Positions 25,549 to 27,641 of a stretch of 27,641 nt of DNA are shown piece after piece. A program made the position numbers and the translations under genes. A model generated the notes under the pieces. It had not been told where the DNA came from, did no database searches, and saw nothing but the letters and a program-made list of their open reading frames with translations. Each line of letters opens with the position of its first letter. Position 1 is the first letter of the stretch. The stretch spans positions 1 to 27,641 of the IMG/VR virus record IMGVR_UViG_3300037484_000607. One strand, given 5' to 3'. Source of the stretch: a virus. Lineage: Duplodnaviria > Caudoviricetes.

Positions 25549-26397
25549 CTACGCCGCCACCGGCAGGCCGGCCACCGCGCGCCGCATCGACGCCTTGCTC
25601 GCCTGCACGTACCCCTCCGTCGTTGAGCTGCTTCCGTGCCCCATCAACTCCTGGACGGCGCGCAGGTCGTGGCACGCCTCGTAGGCCTCGGTGCCGAAGG
25701 TGTGCCGGAGCCGGTGCATCGAGATGCGGTAGCCGAGGCTGCCCTGCAGCCGGTGGTTGCCTCGCCGCGACACCTGCTGCCGGGTGAGCCGGCTCCCGTC
25801 GTGGTCGACCGCGATGGGGCCGGCGGGCAACCGCTGGGCCATCTCCCAGACGAGCGGGTGCGTCGGGACGTAGCGCTCCTTGTCACCCTTGCCGCGCAGC
25901 CAGACGCTCTGGCTGGTGATGTGCTCGCGGTCGAGGGCGGAGATCTCGATGCACCGGGCGCCGCAGTAGGCCGCGGTGGTAAACCAGTCGCGGTAGGGCT
26001 GTTCAGCCCTGGCCAGGATGTCGAAGAGTTGGCCCTTGGGGATCGGACGCGGCAGCCGCTTGGGCTTCGGTATCCGGGGGAGCTTGCGGGACGGGTCGTA
26101 GTCGAGGCGCCCATCATCCCTGTCGGGGTCGCTGGCCCAGCCGTAGAAGCCGGTCGCGACGGTGCCGTACAGGCCGCGGGTCGCCTGGCTGTGCTCGCTG
26201 GTGAAGATCCACGCGCGGAGTTCGTCCTCGCAGGCGTAGATCAGGCCGTCGGGCAGGGTGCGGTCCATGTGCCGCAGGATGCCCATGTACGTCTCGACGG
26301 TGCCGTCCGCGCGGGACAGCTCGCGCAGGTGCTGCTCGTAGCCGGCGAGGAAGTGGTCGGCGCTGCCAGGCGCTGGTTGCTTGGTTACGGTGTCCAT
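25549..26397 (-). CDS. Tyrosine recombinase/integrase, XerC/D-like, 282 aa, no arm-binding domain
   Basis: Catalytic set R (GARCIE), K (GKGDKER), HxxR (HRLRH), H (MGH), Y (TEGY). ATG 26397 has a GAAGGG upstream. Confidence 0.92.
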   Translation of the reverse strand: MDTVTKQPAPGSADHFLAGYEQHLRELSRADGTVETYMGILRHMDRTLPDGLIYACEDELRAWIFTSEHSQATRGLYGTVATGFYGWASDPDRDDGRLDYDPSRKLPRIPKPKRLPRPIPKGQLFDILARAEQPYRDWFTTAAYCGARCIEISALDREHITSQSVWLRGKGDKERYVPTHPLVWEMAQRLPAGPIAVDHDGSRLTRQQVSRRGNHRLQGSLGYRISMHRLRHTFGTEAYEACHDLRAVQELMGHGSSSTTEGYVQASKASMRRAVAGLPVAA

Positions 26398-26500
26398 TGG
26401 GTCGCAGGTCCCTTCTGCGGTCAAGGCGTCCGGGTGGTGTCGCGAGCACTGGCCCGGGCGCCGTCTAGCGGTGGTCACTCGATCGTGGTCCGCGGGTCAC

Positions 26501-26941
26501 TCACCTGGGCATGGGCCGTTTGCCCAGTCCGACGACTGTCGGACGCCGACGATTTGCCGGGACAGCGGATACCGGTCTGGTTGCGTCACGGCGTCCGTGG
26601 CTGACCGGCGCCGGAGTCCTGACCGTACGGCGGCGCGACAGGATCTTCGGGTGAGGGAGGGCCACCGAAGAGATGGGGCCGCCTAAACCCTCCTTTAGGG
26701 CGCCGACGGTGCGCGGGAGTAGGTCGGCGACGTCGACCCCCAGGACGTCGGCGATGGCCTCCAGGTCGTCCATGTCGAAGGCGACCTCGCCGGTGATGCG
26801 CCTGCTGATCGCGCTCTGCTTGATGCCGGCGCGGCGCCCGAGCTCGGCGCCGCTCATGCGCTTGCGGGCGAGGAGTACGCGGATCTCCTCGGCGACGTGC
26901 TCACGTAGGCGCCCTCGCGGTGGCGTCCGTTCGTCACTCAT
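26501..26941 (-). CDS. XRE-family immunity repressor with a basic C-terminal extension
   Basis: HTH (MSGAELGRRAGIKQSAISRRITG...IADVLGVDVADLL). Divergent from a Cro-like gene. Leaderless ATG 26941. Confidence 0.85.
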   Translation of the reverse strand: MSDERTPPRGRLREHVAEEIRVLLARKRMSGAELGRRAGIKQSAISRRITGEVAFDMDDLEAIADVLGVDVADLLPRTVGALKEGLGGPISSVALPHPKILSRRRTVRTPAPVSHGRRDATRPVSAVPANRRRPTVVGLGKRPMPR

Positions 26942-26947
26942 GCAGAC

Positions 26948-27090
26948 ATGATGACCCGCTGAGCGGGTCATGGCAAGTAGGGGAGCCGACAACTTCAGAG
27001 TCTGGCACATCTACCCGCTTAGCGGGTTGACGACCCGCCCACTGAGCGGGTAGAACTGTCACATGCCAGAAAACAACCCGCTCAGCGGGA
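26948..27090. promoter_or_regulatory. Genetic switch: divergent promoters with four ACCCGCTnAGCGGGT operators
   Basis: Operators at 26954-26968 and 27013-27027 (perfect), 27037-27051 and 27076-27090 (near-perfect). Leftward TTGCCA-17-CATCAT and rightward TTGACG-18-TAGAAC, each 6 nt before the ATG. Confidence 0.85.
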
Positions 27091-27317
27091 CGCGAGAGGC
27101 GGTCACCGGCGCCGTTCGAATCGCGATGGCCCGTCAGAAGATGTCGGGCCGGGCGCTCGCCGAGCGGATCGGCATGTCGCAGTCCTCGTTTTCCCGCCTC
27201 ATGACGTGTGAGACCGCCTTCACCGTCGAAGAGCTCGCCGACGTCGCCGCCGCCCTGGAGTGCACGGTCGCCGAGCTGGTCGGCACGGTGGACCGGGCCC
27301 CGGCCGGTGCGGCATGA
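27063..27317 (+). CDS. Cro-like XRE HTH protein
   Basis: MSGRALAERIGMSQSSFSRLMT HTH, 84 aa, divergent from the repressor. Confidence 0.85.
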   Translation: MPENNPLSGTREAVTGAVRIAMARQKMSGRALAERIGMSQSSFSRLMTCETAFTVEELADVAAALECTVAELVGTVDRAPAGAA

Positions 27318-27641
27318 CCGACCTCGACAGCCGCCTCAGCGCCCCTGCCCGCCCGTTCCAGATGCTGCCGCCGCTCGACGACGCGCAGCGCCACATCCTG
27401 CGCCAGTCGATCGAGCAGTGCGGCGTGCTGGAGCCCGTCGTCTTCGACGAGGACGGCGAGATCCTCGACGGTCACCATCGCGTCGAGATCGCCGAAGAGC
27501 TGGGCATCGACTACCCGAGCCGGGTCATCACCGACCTGGACCGGCCCGGCAAGTGGATGTACGCGGTCACGGTCAACGTGGCGCGCCGCCACCTCGACCA
27601 GTCCACGCGGTCCGGGCTCGTCGCTCAGATGCGCCTGCGCG
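27314..27641 (+). CDS. ParB/Srx N-terminal domain protein (runs off the window end)
   Basis: ATGA overlap with cro. Translates to ...LPPL...LRQSIEQCGVLEPVVFDEDGEILDGHHRVEIAEELG...NVARRHL. No stop before 27641. Confidence 0.8.
   Translation, partial: MTDLDSRLSAPARPFQMLPPLDDAQRHILRQSIEQCGVLEPVVFDEDGEILDGHHRVEIAEELGIDYPSRVITDLDRPGKWMYAVTVNVARRHLDQSTRSGLVAQMRLR

Noticed and set aside
26500-26740. tRNA-derived attP core in the repressor 3' region
   Set aside because: No T-loop or acceptor-like sequence (GGTTCGA.TCC) seen on either strand. No tRNA, rRNA or CRISPR array was seen in the window.
27314-27641. ParB-like gene as proof of a plasmid-prophage partition system
   Set aside because: Truncated, with no parA or parS visible. 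ParB-N domains after cro are common in phages, often fused to other domains.

Overview
This window is a contiguous piece of a high-GC actinobacterial temperate siphophage or prophage, with no host housekeeping genes. The host group is inferred from GC content, codon style and promoter style. The + strand arm (47-22154) holds packaging (HTH-fused small terminase candidate, TerL), an enlarged 799-aa portal, and a 944-aa head polyprotein (peptidoglycan-binding domain, T4-gp21-like protease, scaffold, Mu-gpT-like capsid). An intact IS4-family element with a 10-bp target duplication follows the capsid gene. Next come head-completion and tail genes (two tandem tube paralogues, a -1 frameshifted chaperone, tape measure, minor tail) and an amidase lysis cassette ending in a terminator. 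Beyond it lie a reverse-strand tail-fibre-like gene, small accessory genes, an arm-less tyrosine recombinase downstream of an XRE repressor, a divergent Cro-like gene with four operators, and a truncated ParB-N-domain gene. Best leads: (i) portal and capsid precursors both carry extra domains that begin after Glu-(Ser/Ala) sites with a shared R...GQFA motif, a candidate protease-released head cargo system; (ii) a repressor/integrase layout resembling integration-dependent immunity, with a recombinase-core-like palindrome inside the repressor gene and a degenerate serine-recombinase-like neighbour. All family calls come from motif recognition by eye, not database searches.
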